Assembly: GCA_963674595.2 (NCBI GenBank) | Contig: CAXXFV010000023.1 | Location: 224,001 to 288,000 of the forward strand | Direction: 5' to 3' | Length of the DNA: 64,000 nucleotides | From: a bacterium | GTDB lineage: Bacteria; Zhuqueibacterota; Zhuqueibacteria; Residuimicrobiales; Krinioviventaceae | In this document: positions 8,760-19,465 of the stretch, piece after piece | Layout: every line of letters begins with the position of its first letter | Position numbering within the stretch: position 1 is the stretch's first letter | Translations under genes and position numbers: made by a program | The notes under the pieces: model-generated | The model's database searches: none | Told to the model about the DNA's origin: nothing | What the model saw: the letters and a program-made list of their open reading frames with translations, nothing else

Positions 8760-10205
8760 TTATATTAAATATTTTGCACCGATTGTATCATTGTTTTTTT
8801 CTATCCAAGCCTTTAAAAGCTGTCGGTGTTTTATCAGAATGTCTTTATAGTTTTCATCACCTGCCAGATTTTTCATCTCTCCCGGGTCATTTTTAAAATC
8901 TACAAGCTGTTCACGATTTTTGCCCGAATCATAGATGCAGTATTTATATCGCTCCGTTCGGACCATTCTACCGTTTTGGCTTTCAACAACAACATGGTCC
9001 CGCCATTCAGGTGTATTTTTACCTTCTGCTATCTGCCTAACACTAAGCCCGGACAGGTTTTCCGGCATTTTTATACCGGCATAATCACAACAGGTCGGCA
9101 GCAAGTCAAGGCCGTTTGATATTAAATGTGTATTGTTGACAACACCTTCCGGTATAACGCCTTTGTAGCTCATCATAAATGGTATACGTGTCGCTTCCTC
9201 ATAGAGTACGGATTTATGTTCCATTTTATGGGCCGAATCCATATCACCGTGATCACTGGTGAATATAACCAGTGTATCCTTTTCAAGTCCGGCATGTTTC
9301 AGTGCGTTTAATAGTATCCCTATCTTTTCGTCCACAATTTCAGTTAAACGGCAATATGCCCAGCGATGCAAACGCCATTGCTGTTCCGACCAGTTTTTTC
9401 GAATGAACGCCCTGAAAGGCCTTGCTTCCGTATAGTTGCGCGTAATACATTCCGGTTCGTTTTCCGGTATTTCGTGGTTACTGCCAAGCTCCGGACAATT
9501 ATCATTCACAAAGGTATTTAAATCTTTACTCTGGCGCGCCTGATCAAGGATCATCTCGCAGGTTTTGGAATCTGTGTTCTGATACGGATTTTTACCCTGT
9601 GTTCGCAGAAAGTCATTAATTGCCATATAACAAATATCATGTGGATTTATAAAAGAAGCGAATAAAAAGAACGGTTTGTCATGCTTTTGTTTAATAAAGG
9701 CCGCGCATGTATCAGCAAGCGTCTGACGTGGACCACTTGTTAAATTTTGATAGCCGAGATCGCTCAACTCTTTCATCCCTTCCGGCAGGTGGACTTTGCC
9801 CCCGTAAGCGACATTATAGCCGGCATTATTCAAAAGGTTTCCAAGTGATTGCCGGATCATTTCATCGGTGACATGAGCATTGGGAGAATCTTCATTTCGG
9901 CCCATCCCGATTGCACTCGGCATCAGTCCGGTTTGCAGACTGAATCTACTGGGAACACAGACCGGATTACAGGCATAAGCCCTGTTAAATCGTATACCGG
10001 ATGCGGCCAGTTGGTCCAAAGCAGGTGTTTTAAGCCATTTATTACCGGCACAGCTCAACATGTGTGCGGATTGCTGATCGGTCATAATGTATAGAATATT
10101 GGGCTTTTTGTTTTTTGGGGGATTATTATTCGTACAGGCTATGCCGCCTAATGTCATATACTCTGCTGCAGCAACTGTGTTTTTTATAAAATCTCGTCTG
10201 TTCAT
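8760..10205 (-). CDS. Formylglycine-dependent sulfatase (S1), Tat-exported
   Basis: MNRRDFIK Tat motif; PNILYIMTDQ; CVPSR (CxPxR); GKVHL; FTSDHGD. Confidence 0.93.
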   Translation of the reverse strand: MNRRDFIKNTVAAAEYMTLGGIACTNNNPPKNKKPNILYIMTDQQSAHMLSCAGNKWLKTPALDQLAASGIRFNRAYACNPVCVPSRFSLQTGLMPSAIGMGRNEDSPNAHVTDEMIRQSLGNLLNNAGYNVAYGGKVHLPEGMKELSDLGYQNLTSGPRQTLADTCAAFIKQKHDKPFFLFASFINPHDICYMAINDFLRTQGKNPYQNTDSKTCEMILDQARQSKDLNTFVNDNCPELGSNHEIPENEPECITRNYTEARPFRAFIRKNWSEQQWRLHRWAYCRLTEIVDEKIGILLNALKHAGLEKDTLVIFTSDHGDMDSAHKMEHKSVLYEEATRIPFMMSYKGVIPEGVVNNTHLISNGLDLLPTCCDYAGIKMPENLSGLSVRQIAEGKNTPEWRDHVVVESQNGRMVRTERYKYCIYDSGKNREQLVDFKNDPGEMKNLAGDENYKDILIKHRQLLKAWIEKNNDTIGAKYLI

Positions 10206-10247
10206 GGTTTTGTTTTTGCTCCGATTAATTGGATAAAATGTAAATGT

Positions 10248-11348
10248 TTATAGCGTGTTTTTTCGTTTTAAGGCTATAAACACGCCGGATACGAGAGTTA
10301 GAAAAAAAAGTATTACAATTATCATCATCATGTTGCGATATAATGTGGATTCTTTAATAGACTCTTCTATGTCTTTGACGGATGTAATCAGTTCCGTGTT
10401 TTGGGATTGATATGTGGAATCCTTTTTAATGCCGGACAAGGACTGATACAAGTTCGGACTGGAAATTTTTTTTATAGCCGACCAGTTTTGGTTGAACAAC
10501 AAATCCAGTCCCGTATTATATTCTTTTATTTCACATGTACAGGGTCCTGCCAGGATGGAATGCGCTTCATTTATGTTCCGTTTTGTGATGCCGTCGCCAA
10601 CTAATGTATACAACAAACGACCTTGACCGAAAATTATAAATACCATGGGATAGTCGGTAAAGTCTATCAAATCGTTTTCGCTGTATAATAACATGGCTTC
10701 AAGTAATGATTCGTTGGCTTGTTTTTGGTCCAATAAAATGAGAGAATAATCTGTTTTTAGCGTGTCAGTTTTAGTACGTTGAGTCGGATTTTCATTGATT
10801 GAATTGTTTAAATATCCCAGTTCTTTTTCCAATATTTGTTGGGCCTTGTTATCTTTTTCAAAATTTCCACTTTTGAGCATCAGCCATACTGCTGTTTTCC
10901 CGTAGGACAATTCATTGGAAATTTTTGTGCAAAGAGGAGAAGAAACAATTTCCTTTACATGAGACTCGTTGAATGGTTTTTGCCAGATACTCGCTGTCGA
11001 TTGATGTGTGCCGGGATAACAAACCGTAATAACAGGTAATGTTGATTTGTCGATCGATTCTGCTAATACATTATCCTTCAAAGAGATTTTATCAAAATTC
11101 ACAGTCGTTAGTGAATAATTTGCATAGCCTCCGTATTGGACTGAATTTTTGTTCAGAGTATCAACAAGCTGTTTTTCTGTTTCTGTCAGTTGTCCCTGGT
11201 AAAAAACATAAACATGATATAAATCAGGCTGCCAGTTTTCAAGAGCATATCGATACACCGGGGTGTCACAAGCGTGTGTCTGATTGAACAAAAAAGACAG
11301 AGCAATGATTAAGTAAAGTGGGAAATTTTTCAAATTACTTGTTTTCAT
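10248..11348 (-). CDS. Conserved exported membrane-anchored protein with CDTPVYRYALENW and GPCTCEIK motifs
   Basis: Signal peptide ending THA-C; Cys motifs; C-terminal transmembrane helix with basic tail; 6 bp downstream of the propeller/MTase gene. Confidence 0.7.
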   Translation of the reverse strand: MKTSNLKNFPLYLIIALSFLFNQTHACDTPVYRYALENWQPDLYHVYVFYQGQLTETEKQLVDTLNKNSVQYGGYANYSLTTVNFDKISLKDNVLAESIDKSTLPVITVCYPGTHQSTASIWQKPFNESHVKEIVSSPLCTKISNELSYGKTAVWLMLKSGNFEKDNKAQQILEKELGYLNNSINENPTQRTKTDTLKTDYSLILLDQKQANESLLEAMLLYSENDLIDFTDYPMVFIIFGQGRLLYTLVGDGITKRNINEAHSILAGPCTCEIKEYNTGLDLLFNQNWSAIKKISSPNLYQSLSGIKKDSTYQSQNTELITSVKDIEESIKESTLYRNMMMIIVILFFLTLVSGVFIALKRKNTL

Positions 11349-11354
11349 TCGGTT

Positions 11355-14300
11355 TTATATTCCGGTTGTTGTTTTACCGGCTGGCTTTAAAGCAATTGTT
11401 GCTTTTATCAAATAACTGCAGTTGCAGCGATCCGTTGCATCGGGCATTAACACAATACCGCCGACAGGAAGCATATTTATCCAGCAGCCGGGTCGAATGC
11501 CTCCGACGTTTTGCGTTCCTTTATCCGGTTCCTGCCAGTCCAAATATCCGATTGTACTCGAACGGTATAGCAACATGTTTTTACATCCGCTTATAATGCC
11601 GCAAGCGTATGATCTTTTAAATTTTGTATCAAGGCGTTTCCCTGTTTTTATAAGATAAGTATAGGGTTCCAAAAAGATCGTGGAATCATTTAAAATAGGC
11701 CGTGAGCTGAAAGGATAATTCAATCCGGCCTCGAGCTTAGAGTCGGCTTGCCACAGCTTTTTCCCGGAGGAAGCTTGAAATGCGGTCATAGGGCCGCGTT
11801 TTTCCGAAGGGGATTGAAAGCGGGTAAATTGGTATCCCATAATGAGAATATCATGCTGAGTTGAGAGTGCCAGCAATGTACCATAAATGTTGTCGGATTT
11901 TTCATAAATCAGTTTTCCTGTCTCCGCATCCACTGCGAGCAATGTTCCCATTGGATGGGATATTTGATCAGAATTCGTTGTTGTTTTAAGATGCGGGTTC
12001 CTGATTTTATCAATTTGAGCAATCGGACGGTCAATCAGGTAAACACGGTCGTTACCGATGGCAATAGCGTTATGACGAAAAGAGTGTTTGGCCGGAAGCA
12101 TCCATTTAAGTTTGCCGGTGTGAGCATCCATTGCAAAAAAGGCAATGGATTCGCTAAACAACTGGTTCATATCCGATTCACGATAACCCCATTTTTGGAT
12201 ATGGCTTTGGTTTATAATAGAACCAAATAATATACCGTTTTCAACAGCAATATAACCCCAGTACGCCTCTGTTTTTCCATCCGGTGCGTCCGGGACACGA
12301 AACCTGTCAACCAGTATTCCGGTTTCCGTATCCAGCACAAGACACTCCCTGCCTGTAATATTGGCGATAGACGGTCCGGGGCGAACATATAACCTGTTTC
12401 CTTCTAAACACCAGTTTCCCTGTGTAATGGCTGTTCCGGTTAAATGTTCCTGATCATAGGGTTTCATCAGGTTTTCAATATAATATTCCCAGAGAATCGT
12501 TCCATTATAAGCGTCTACCGCACGAATCGTATGAGTCCCCTGAATAAATAGCCGGCCGTCGCTGTATAGAGGCGCCACACCCCGACCGTGTCTTGAGGGC
12601 ATTTCCATTTGATCGTCGTAAAACCAAAGCATTTCCAACGGTCCTTTGACAATTTCGTCGGTCGAGGTTATCGTATTTGCCGCATCACAATATTGATGTG
12701 TCCAATCACCCGAGCCTGCCAATGCAGGACGCACCTTTATTTCCATTTCATCAAATTTTCCGAGACATGATATTCCTCCGGACGGACGCTGCAAACGTTC
12801 CAGTTCTTTCGAATTAATGTATTCTGTTCCGTTTGTCAACGCTTTTCCTGAGACAATCAAATTGGCAAAATAATCCGGATAATTGGTGTTTTCCAAATCA
12901 CAATGATGGACCATAGCCTGTGTTCCCAGCAATCCGGTTTCATCTAAAAGTTTTCGTGTTTTTTCCACATTTTTGAGATCAGAATCTATGGCATAAATAA
13001 ACATATTGGTCCTTTTAGCCAGCTCATAGGTCAGCCGTCCGTCACCACAGCCAAAGTCCAGGCAATAACCTGACGATATATTTGTTTTTTCTATTATATC
13101 CTGGGCCGCCTGAGCATAACGATCGTTGTCTCTAAAGGGTGCACTTGATTTGGTAAGCACATTTACGGTTTTATTTTTATCCGAATCAAAGCAATATATG
13201 GAACCTTTGTCTGTGCTCACATACAAACGGTTATGGGCCACAGCCAAACCGTAGGGGATGCCGTCAACTTTATCCGACCATACCGCTTGTTTGGTCTCCG
13301 CATCCCAAATGCTGATTCTGTTATTGACAGAACCACCGATAATTTTATTACCTGCCGCAATAAGGGTAACAAATTCCGGCTGATGCGTGTCCACAGACCA
13401 TACCGGAGAAGACAATACTTTTTCTTCCGTTTGCTCACCTTTTCGATCTGTAAATAACTCTGTTTTAAACATGTCGTTCCGGCTAACAGCCTTTAGGCTA
13501 TGGTCGATTGAATCGACATAATAGAGATAATCAGGAGTTATGGCAATGGCTTGCGAATTTATTTCATTTTGAGAGTAAAGCAGGCCGGACATTGTATTAA
13601 ATATGGCCTGACGGTTGCCGATTATTTCCTGAAAGTCCCTTGTATTTCCGCTTGTAACAAAAAGCAGCGAATCACTGGCAAAAACGCGGGAACCTCCGTA
13701 TTTTCTGTATTTTTGCAAATGAAAATATTCTAAAGAACCGTCATCCAGATTGAGTGCCGCAGGGACCGCTCTTCCGGTCGGTATAAATAAATGATCTTTA
13801 TTTGCCGTGAGATAGCCCTGAGCAGAAATACCGCTTTTGGCACGGGCCGTACTGTGGGGCTGGTCCCATTCCAGACCACCGGAATCTTTGTTTGTCCATA
13901 ATTCTTTTCCGGTCTTTGGGTCCAAAGCATAAATAAATATGCCTTCCGACGGCCAGATCCCGGCGGCAAAATATAATATATCGTTTTGAATGACAACACC
14001 ACCTCGGGCCGGCCACCGCGAGATCATACGGTTGTTTCCAAGAATCATCCGATCATCTTTACCACCCTGTTTTTTCCATATCAGGTGACCATTGTCGGCA
14101 GACAGGCAATACAGATAACCATCATCACTGATGACATATACGTTTCCTTTCCAAAGAGCAGGAGAAAATCGGACCGGGGCGTTTGTGTAAAACGACCATT
14201 GTTCTTTCCCGGTTCGGGCATCAAGCGCATAGACTTTACAGTCGGTGGAACCGGCAAAAAATAATTTCTCGCCTGATATGACGGGTTGGTAGGCAAAGTC

Positions 14301-14531
14301 GAAAGGCATTCGTGTATGCACACCTTGCCACGCTGGTGTGGGGGGCGGCTGTTTTAATACCCAGTTTAAAGAAAGGTCGTTATCCAGATGATTAGGAGAA
14401 TAAGCGCATCGTCCCGCATCATAACGATATTGCGGCCAGTCGCCATTTTTTTCATTATGTTGTCCGCATTGCAGGAAATATCCGGAAACAGTTATTATGG
14501 TCCAGTAAATTATTTTTTTAAATGTTATCAT
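11355..14531 (-). CDS. PQQ-like (BamB-type) beta-propeller protein with internal class I SAM-methyltransferase-like domain
   Basis: DWPQYRYD start; multiple YALDA-x-TG-x-x-x-W repeats; central CLDFGCGDG...IYAID...NLIVS; second propeller beginning DWTHQY; C-terminal RPGCW...CNCSY. Confidence 0.85.
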   Translation of the reverse strand: MITFKKIIYWTIITVSGYFLQCGQHNEKNGDWPQYRYDAGRCAYSPNHLDNDLSLNWVLKQPPPTPAWQGVHTRMPFDFAYQPVISGEKLFFAGSTDCKVYALDARTGKEQWSFYTNAPVRFSPALWKGNVYVISDDGYLYCLSADNGHLIWKKQGGKDDRMILGNNRMISRWPARGGVVIQNDILYFAAGIWPSEGIFIYALDPKTGKELWTNKDSGGLEWDQPHSTARAKSGISAQGYLTANKDHLFIPTGRAVPAALNLDDGSLEYFHLQKYRKYGGSRVFASDSLLFVTSGNTRDFQEIIGNRQAIFNTMSGLLYSQNEINSQAIAITPDYLYYVDSIDHSLKAVSRNDMFKTELFTDRKGEQTEEKVLSSPVWSVDTHQPEFVTLIAAGNKIIGGSVNNRISIWDAETKQAVWSDKVDGIPYGLAVAHNRLYVSTDKGSIYCFDSDKNKTVNVLTKSSAPFRDNDRYAQAAQDIIEKTNISSGYCLDFGCGDGRLTYELAKRTNMFIYAIDSDLKNVEKTRKLLDETGLLGTQAMVHHCDLENTNYPDYFANLIVSGKALTNGTEYINSKELERLQRPSGGISCLGKFDEMEIKVRPALAGSGDWTHQYCDAANTITSTDEIVKGPLEMLWFYDDQMEMPSRHGRGVAPLYSDGRLFIQGTHTIRAVDAYNGTILWEYYIENLMKPYDQEHLTGTAITQGNWCLEGNRLYVRPGPSIANITGRECLVLDTETGILVDRFRVPDAPDGKTEAYWGYIAVENGILFGSIINQSHIQKWGYRESDMNQLFSESIAFFAMDAHTGKLKWMLPAKHSFRHNAIAIGNDRVYLIDRPIAQIDKIRNPHLKTTTNSDQISHPMGTLLAVDAETGKLIYEKSDNIYGTLLALSTQHDILIMGYQFTRFQSPSEKRGPMTAFQASSGKKLWQADSKLEAGLNYPFSSRPILNDSTIFLEPYTYLIKTGKRLDTKFKRSYACGIISGCKNMLLYRSSTIGYLDWQEPDKGTQNVGGIRPGCWINMLPVGGIVLMPDATDRCNCSYLIKATIALKPAGKTTTGI

Positions 14532-14654
14532 AATCTGACCTTGTTCTTAATAACGCTTTTTATGTTTGCCTGTCACTCTATGATAATATAAATAATCCCA
14601 ATAACAAAACCATTTTTGAAATTATAATTATTGAAAATTTTTAATTTTTGTATT

Positions 14655-16322
14655 TTAATCCAATTTCAATATCGGTAATCTCACGCAAGATGGATAATCT
14701 TTTCCAATATACAAACGTTGATTACTGATTCTGCCCTCTTTTGCGGAAAATAGGGGTTCGCCGGTATTTAAATTCCGGTTAAAACGGGGGAACCAGGAAG
14801 AGGTGATCACAACCCGAAGCTTGTGGTCTTTGTTAATTTGATAACCGGTAGCCCAGACAGAAACATCAATTTTTTGTACACGTGGAGAACAAGCCGCATC
14901 ATTGAACAGTCTGGTTCCGCCTTCCTGAATGTTGAGAATATTTCCGTCCGGATATACATCCTGCAGACAGACGATACAATCTGTACTTGGTGCGTCTGTA
15001 CTGATATATAAAGTAGAACTGATGGGTCCTAAAAGAACCATATTGCTGTCCAATGATGATGTTTCAAAAGCAATTTGATCGGTTCTGGACAGATTGTCAT
15101 TCTGCCAACTCGTTCCCACGTCACCTCCGATTATCGTACCGCCGAGTGAAGGATAGGGATCAAGGGGATTATACTGCCATTCTATATTGCCGGTCAAACT
15201 ATCGGGTAATAGTTCCAAACTTTTTTCATCAAAATAAAAGTTGGTAAACCTGGCATTTCGAGGCGGCCATTCGTCCGCAGCATACCATTCATTTCGCTGC
15301 ATAATAAAAAGTAAATAGGGTTTGTCTTTAAAAGGGGCCTGAATGACTTGTACTGTATCGTCTTTCATGTGTTTATCAATAAATCGATGCAGAATCGGAT
15401 TTATGTTTTTACCCAAATCACCTTGTTCTCCGAAATCTATTTTTGTGGCTGGTTTTCCGTGCATCCACGGACCTATTATCAGGTAGCTGTCCTGATGGCG
15501 GTTGATGCCTAATTCCTGAAAATCTTTAATCTGTGTTTCTAAAAAAATATCATACCATCCGGCAACAGAAAAGACAGGAATATGAACCGGTGTTCGATGA
15601 TTCATGGCTCCCCAATAGGCATCCGGATATGGGTGGGCTAGCCAGTCATCCACAAATTGATTGGATTTGGATGTCGAATCGTCTGCTGCTGACAGGGGCA
15701 AAATTGTGTAACTGGCCTCCATCTTTTCGCCGGGGATGGGATGAATTGTTTTAGAGTTTACAATTAAACCCCACCTGAATGCTAATCCCAGAGAAAACAA
15801 TCCACCCGGATACAGGGCATCGTACATGTTTGCAGTGGTAACGAGCGGCGTTATCACTGCAAACTGATCTGAAATAGCCCATTGCGTATAACCCACATAA
15901 CTCCCGCCCCAGCCACAGATTTTGCCGTTGTACCATGGCTGTTGTTTAATCCATTGAATCGTTGCCAGCCCGTCCCGGCGGTCGTTTTGAAATGCATAAA
16001 ACGTTCCATCAGATGCAAATTTTCCCCGTGTATCCTGACAGACAACGGCATATCCCTTGTTTGCAAACATTTCAGCATCTTTTTTTAAGCCGTCTTTGTT
16101 ATAGGGAGACCTTCCGAGGATGCAAGGATATTTCCCTTCTTCTTCCGGTAAATAAATGTCTGTTGCAAGTTTAATTGAATCTTCCACAACTACAAATGTG
16201 GTTGTTTTTACGAATGCATGGGTGACTGGCGCTGTTATTATCACTAAGGAAAACATGCAGAGAATACTAAATATGGTCTTTGCTTTTAACATTGTCCGCT
16301 CCTTTTGTTTTGTTTCAGTCAC
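14655..16322 (-). CDS. CocE/NonD family serine hydrolase (S15-like); true start probably the second Met (MLKAK)
   Basis: LATDIYLP, RSPYNK, QDTRGKFASDG, WGGSYVG nucleophile, GWYDIF, GPWMHG, C-terminal SSWFPRFNRNLNTG. Confidence 0.92.
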   Translation of the reverse strand: MTETKQKERTMLKAKTIFSILCMFSLVIITAPVTHAFVKTTTFVVVEDSIKLATDIYLPEEEGKYPCILGRSPYNKDGLKKDAEMFANKGYAVVCQDTRGKFASDGTFYAFQNDRRDGLATIQWIKQQPWYNGKICGWGGSYVGYTQWAISDQFAVITPLVTTANMYDALYPGGLFSLGLAFRWGLIVNSKTIHPIPGEKMEASYTILPLSAADDSTSKSNQFVDDWLAHPYPDAYWGAMNHRTPVHIPVFSVAGWYDIFLETQIKDFQELGINRHQDSYLIIGPWMHGKPATKIDFGEQGDLGKNINPILHRFIDKHMKDDTVQVIQAPFKDKPYLLFIMQRNEWYAADEWPPRNARFTNFYFDEKSLELLPDSLTGNIEWQYNPLDPYPSLGGTIIGGDVGTSWQNDNLSRTDQIAFETSSLDSNMVLLGPISSTLYISTDAPSTDCIVCLQDVYPDGNILNIQEGGTRLFNDAACSPRVQKIDVSVWATGYQINKDHKLRVVITSSWFPRFNRNLNTGEPLFSAKEGRISNQRLYIGKDYPSCVRLPILKLD

Positions 16323-16395
16323 TGTGATGTCTATTTATCTGGAAAAATCACGAGATGTTTTTTAATAGACTCGCAAATGTTTGATAAATAGAAAA

Positions 16396-17739
16396 CTATT
16401 TTACTAGTAAACATTTAACAACCTGTGTATAGTTTGCTGATTGAAATTTTATGAAATAGCTGCCGGATGGTAACGAATTCGCATTCCAAATAAATTTATG
16501 AACGCCGGGTTTTAATTCACCATGATGGATTGTTTTAACATTTTCACCTTTTGTATTATAAATGTTTATTAAAACATCTGATAATTCCGGGATGTTTACC
16601 TTGATTATGGTATTTTGATTAAATGGATTGGGATAATTTGGGTAAAGCATAAATGTGGTTGGATGTGTGGTGTCGTTGGAGGGTCCAACATGATCGGCCG
16701 TTGTTATATTTAGTAAAAATGAATCTGATATGTCGGCCCCATAATTATCGGTTGCTGTTATTTTTATTTCCAATGAATCAATCTGTGGAGGGACGCCGGA
16801 AAATGTAATATCCTCGTTATTAAAAGTAATCCAGTTTGGCAGCGGTTCTCCTGTTGTTAAACACGCTGAAAAAGATAACGTGTCGTCATCCAGAAATGTT
16901 AAATCATTTATCCTCTGGTTAAAAAACTCATTTTCGTAAACAAGCTGATCAGGGATCTTTTTAAAAACAATCGGTTGAAAATTCGTCATCGCCGCCAACT
17001 CTTTATTCCAGGCAGATGTATCAGCCAAAACAAAATCATTCATTGTTTGTTTTATCAAATCAGCATCGTCAGGCCCGATGTTTTGTGGTATATAAAGATT
17101 TGTAATATTTTTATTGAAAATTGTTGTATAAATTGTCATTGCTGAGATATATGATCCTAAAAAACTGGGATGATAATTGTCTCCTCCGTAAAATTCAGAA
17201 ATATCAATGGATTTCATCAACTCCTGCCACACCAGACCACAGGGTGCAATGTTTGAATTAATGAGATTACCGGCATTTAAATAATTGATTTTAACACGTA
17301 ATTGCATATTTTCATAATCGCCCCAATTGTATCCCTGGGTCATATATAGAACGACTTTTGTATTTGGATTATTGGTTTTAATTTGTTCATTCAAAATGTA
17401 GGCATAGGGTAAAAAAGCCGTTACTGCAATATCATAGGCCATGCTCCCCCAGTTTCCACTCTCTTGTAAAACCACATAATCCCATTTTTGGGATTGAATT
17501 AAAGAGTTTGTTGTATATCTGTATGTATGGTCTGCCAGCCTGGATCCTCCCACAGCGGATTGGACTGTATTGACTGTATCACCATTTAAATCAGCAATAT
17601 TTTTAAATATTATCGGCAGATCATTGGCATAGGTATGACTGTTTCCAACAAAAAGAATTTGCAGAGGTTCCGACTGTGAATGCAATTCAGAAAAAATTAC
17701 AAACAGAACAATGGTTACACGAAATAATACGTTAAACAT
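16396..17739 (-). CDS. SGNH/GDSL-type hydrolase with Ig/cadherin-like domain and C-terminal secretion sorting domain
   Basis: FVGNSHT (block I), VVLQE, GDNYHPS (DxxH); LPNWITF...FSGVP Ig domain; NYPNPFN...LPSGSYF C-terminal domain. Confidence 0.85.
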   Translation of the reverse strand: MFNVLFRVTIVLFVIFSELHSQSEPLQILFVGNSHTYANDLPIIFKNIADLNGDTVNTVQSAVGGSRLADHTYRYTTNSLIQSQKWDYVVLQESGNWGSMAYDIAVTAFLPYAYILNEQIKTNNPNTKVVLYMTQGYNWGDYENMQLRVKINYLNAGNLINSNIAPCGLVWQELMKSIDISEFYGGDNYHPSFLGSYISAMTIYTTIFNKNITNLYIPQNIGPDDADLIKQTMNDFVLADTSAWNKELAAMTNFQPIVFKKIPDQLVYENEFFNQRINDLTFLDDDTLSFSACLTTGEPLPNWITFNNEDITFSGVPPQIDSLEIKITATDNYGADISDSFLLNITTADHVGPSNDTTHPTTFMLYPNYPNPFNQNTIIKVNIPELSDVLINIYNTKGENVKTIHHGELKPGVHKFIWNANSLPSGSYFIKFQSANYTQVVKCLLVK

Positions 17740-17882
17740 GATTTATTGTTTTTCGTAATAATTCAATCAATTCAAGTTAGTAAAAACTGTTCTTTTGTTA
17801 TTTGCCATAACCGGAGTAGAGTGGACTGGCCTGTTGTTACAAGTGCGGTGATCGGTTTTTATAATAATCAATAAAATTGGCA

Positions 17883-17926
17883 GGACGTTAAGGCCGTTAT
17901 CGGGTTGAAAAACGGCCTTGGCGTCC
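17883..17926 (-). terminator. Hairpin downstream of the second sulfatase
   Basis: GGACGTTAAGGCCGTT...AACGGCCTTGGCGTCC imperfect stem about 30 bp after the stop codon. Confidence 0.55.
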
Positions 17927-17957
17927 ATTCGCATTATATATTCTTCAAATAAAATTT

Positions 17958-19427
17958 CTATTCTGATTCACGAATTCGTTGTTCGGTAAAGTATTTGTTA
18001 TAATTATATATCGATGTCGGCGCCCAGGGTGCGTTGATTTTGGGGAGATGTTTTTTTAAGCGCATTTTTGCTTCAGTATAGTCTTTCGAATCAGCCAAAT
18101 TATACCATTCATCATGGTCGTTACGATGGTCGTAAAGTTCTTCAGAACCGTCTTCATAATGAATATAACGGAAATGTTCATCACGAATACTGTGATTATT
18201 GCGACCATAGGTTGTTATTGCTGCGTTTTCCCAGGGAGCTGAGGAATTTTCGAGCAGTGGTTTCAGGCTGTGGCCCTGATTTTGTGGATTTGCTTTAAAA
18301 TTGCATAGATCCAATAATGTCGGGTAAAGATCGATACTCCCGACCGGTTTTTGGCAAACCTGTTTTTTGTTAAAATCCGGAGTCGAGATAATCAGCGCTG
18401 TTCGTGTGGCTTCTTCCCAAAGGGAATGTTTACCGAATCGGTTTTTTTCACCAATATGATATCCATGGTCCGACCACAGGACAATAATCGTGTTGTCGGC
18501 ATATTTACTGTTTTCCAGTGCTGTCAGCACCTCGCCTACATAATGGTCTACAAAGGAAATGCAAGCCAGATAAGCTTGAACAATATTTTTCCATTCACCC
18601 GTTTTAATGGCCCATTCTGTTGTCGGCATCATTGGCAGCTCTGCTACCTTTTTTCCTATTTCCGGTATATCATCGTAATCGTTTGGCAAATAGGGCGGCA
18701 TCTGCAATTGGTCTGCCGGGTGCATATCAAACCATTTTTGGGGTACATGCCAGGGCACATGAGGTCTTAAAAAACCGACACCCAGAAAGAAAGGTTTGTC
18801 ATGATCTTCAGCCAGTCTTTCTTTGGCCCATTGAGCGGAATGATAGTCCGGCATGTCTTCATCTTTTTCAGGAAATGCGCCCCAATCCGTGCTGGTGCCG
18901 CCGTAATCAGGACCGCTTTTTCCTTCCCATTTCATCCGTTTTTCAGGTACAGGACCAAAACCGGGAACGCGTCCACCGGAAACATCAAAGACACCTTTCG
19001 GTGCATGTCTGTGAAACAGTTTACCGATTCCCATGGTTTTATATCCGTTTTGTTTAAAATATTCCGGCAAAAAAGTACAGGTTTGGGTGGCCGTATTGGA
19101 TTTTCGAATATCTTCATCCTCAATCTGACCGTAAATTCCTGTGGTAGAGGGATACAGCCCGCTCATAAGGCTGGCACGGGACGGACCGCAAAGCGGCGCC
19201 TGGCAATGAGCATTTGTAAAAACTGTTCCCCGGGCAGCCAGTTTATCAATGTTTGGCGTTTTTGTATTGGGGTGACCGGCCATACAACCGATCCAGTCAT
19301 TTAAATCATCGACAGCAATGAATAAAACGTTGGGCTGTTTTTTTGCGGTAAATTGTTTGCAGGAGGGTAAAAGCATTGCTCCGGCTGTTCCGGTAACGGC
19401 ATATTCCAGGAATTTTCTTCTCTTCAT
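17958..19427 (-). CDS. Sulfatase (S1, iduronate-2-sulfatase/choline-sulfatase-like), Tat lipoprotein
   Basis: MKRRKFLE Tat motif, LPSC lipobox; PNVLFIAVDDLND; CGPSR; GKLFH; RPHVPW; WSDHGYHIGEK. Confidence 0.93.
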   Translation of the reverse strand: MKRRKFLEYAVTGTAGAMLLPSCKQFTAKKQPNVLFIAVDDLNDWIGCMAGHPNTKTPNIDKLAARGTVFTNAHCQAPLCGPSRASLMSGLYPSTTGIYGQIEDEDIRKSNTATQTCTFLPEYFKQNGYKTMGIGKLFHRHAPKGVFDVSGGRVPGFGPVPEKRMKWEGKSGPDYGGTSTDWGAFPEKDEDMPDYHSAQWAKERLAEDHDKPFFLGVGFLRPHVPWHVPQKWFDMHPADQLQMPPYLPNDYDDIPEIGKKVAELPMMPTTEWAIKTGEWKNIVQAYLACISFVDHYVGEVLTALENSKYADNTIIVLWSDHGYHIGEKNRFGKHSLWEEATRTALIISTPDFNKKQVCQKPVGSIDLYPTLLDLCNFKANPQNQGHSLKPLLENSSAPWENAAITTYGRNNHSIRDEHFRYIHYEDGSEELYDHRNDHDEWYNLADSKDYTEAKMRLKKHLPKINAPWAPTSIYNYNKYFTEQRIRESE

Positions 19428-19465
19428 GTGTCAGTAACTCCTAACTAATTTTATTTTAAAAAATA

